From a virus, in IMG/VR virus record IMGVR_UViG_3300009144_000037: 64,000 nucleotides of DNA; one strand, written 5' to 3'. How positions within the stretch are numbered: the stretch's first letter is position 1; each line of letters starts with the position of its first letter. Of this stretch, positions 63,305-64,000 are shown one piece after another. The notes beneath the pieces were generated by a model. The model searched no databases. It had not been told where the DNA came from and saw nothing but the letters and a program-made list of their open reading frames with translations. The position numbers and the translations under genes are program-made.

Positions 63305-63505
63305 TCAGGGTTCGTGCCGCGCGTGGATCTGGTCGATGATGTCGGCTTGGTGGGCGATGGAGAGGTCGTCGATGCCGTCGACCTCGATCTCAAGCGGTGC
63401 GCGCCAGCCGACCTCCGGGTAGTCACGGCCTCGACGGGCGTCGTAGTCGACGTCGATCGAGGCGTCGGGGTCACGGGGATCGGTGACCGTCATGCGGTAG
63501 GCCAT
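63305..63505 (-). CDS. Small acidic hypothetical protein
   Basis: ATG 63505 after GAGGA. Confidence 0.6.
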   Translation of the reverse strand: MAYRMTVTDPRDPDASIDVDYDARRGRDYPEVGWRAPLEIEVDGIDDLSIAHQADIIDQIHARHEP

Positions 63506-63530
63506 GTGATGTCCTCGAAGGGTTGGCGGT

Positions 63531-63545
63531 GGTCCGTTTCGGACC
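63531..63545. promoter_or_regulatory. Box A symmetric variant GGTCCG-TTT-CGGACC
   Basis: Both arms changed, palindrome retained. Confidence 0.7.
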
Positions 63546-63564
63546 ACCGGAGTTGGGCGCAGGT

Positions 63565-64000
63565 TCAGGCGGTGGCCCGGCGCTCGCGCTTGATGCGCGC
63601 GTCACGCTTGGCCTTCGTCTCGCCGAAGATCTTGCGGAGCGGATCGAGAAGGCCTGGCTTCTCGGCGACGGCAATGGCCTCGTCGACCTGGGCACGGGTC
63701 GGGTGATTGGCGAAGCGTGCGACCACGGAGGGGTGCTGCACGAGCTTCTGGCGCAGCCGGCGCTGGGCGGGCTTGCTGCCGGCCGGGTCGCAGGCGGCCA
63801 TCGTGATCCCGTTCCGGGTGATCACGGAGCCGAGGCGGTTCTGGCGGGTGCGGAAGCCGACGTGGGTGGTCGGGTGCCGGCGGGTGCGCCGCTTCTTGGG
63901 GGCGGCGCGTTCCGCGGTCGCGTGGCCGAGCTTGCGCATCGCGGCCTGCTCGAACCAGCTGTACACGAGCGTGCCGGCGGTGGTGTAGGGGTTCGGGCCG
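63565..64000 (-). CDS. Basic hypothetical protein, 5' end beyond the window
   Basis: Frame is open to the right edge (GPNPYTTAGTLVYSWFEQ...). Confidence 0.6.
   Translation of the reverse strand, partial: GPNPYTTAGTLVYSWFEQAAMRKLGHATAERAAPKKRRTRRHPTTHVGFRTRQNRLGSVITRNGITMAACDPAGSKPAQRRLRQKLVQHPSVVARFANHPTRAQVDEAIAVAEKPGLLDPLRKIFGETKAKRDARIKRERRATA

Noticed and set aside
1-64000. CRISPR array, integrase/att site, DGR, invertase, intron or intein
   Set aside because: No regularly spaced repeats; no recombinase or RT motifs; no intein or homing-endonuclease motifs recognised in TerL, PolA or NrdJ. Box A is dispersed, not arrayed
1-64000. Box A as parS, dif, LexA or CtrA site
   Set aside because: Does not match the consensus of chromosomal parS (TGTTTCACGTGAAACA), dif, alphaproteobacterial LexA (GTTC-N7-GTTC) or CtrA (TTAA-N7-TTAA)

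Overview
The window is a 64-kb stretch of a high-GC, long-tailed (siphovirus-type) dsDNA phage genome. The host is probably alphaproteobacterial; that is an inference from GC content, a class II RNR, a GH108 endolysin with a C-terminal TM segment, a GTA-type holin and DUF4376. The + arm (395-33143) carries TerL, portal, protease/scaffold, decoration protein, MCP, neck, major tail protein, tail chaperones with a hidden -1 frameshift, a 2015-aa TMP with a transglycosylase domain, lambda M/L/K/I/J-like tail tip genes, lysis genes and an SGNH esterase. The - arm (33112-64000) carries MazG, DUF5664 and HD nucleotide hydrolases, SbcCD-like genes, DEDDh exonuclease, HJ resolvase, ThyX, NrdJ, ligase, PolA, 5'-exonuclease, SSB-like protein, SF2 helicase, rIIA/rIIB and many small hypothetical genes. 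I saw no integrase, primase, tRNA or CRISPR array. The strongest unexplained signals are regulatory. (1) A 15-bp palindrome, GGTMCG-NNN-CGKACY, occurs at least 15 times across both arms, just upstream of start codons and inside genes. (2) A second palindrome, CCC(C/A)TA-N5-TAGGGG, sits at three late-gene junctions, two of them beside ribbon-helix-helix genes embedded in the virion operon. Other candidates are a structured ~180-nt intergenic RNA, a low-GC ParB/DGQHR-like gene, a radical-SAM-like operon and a nucleotide-pool-editing cluster. All product calls come from motif recognition and synteny by eye; no database searches were run.
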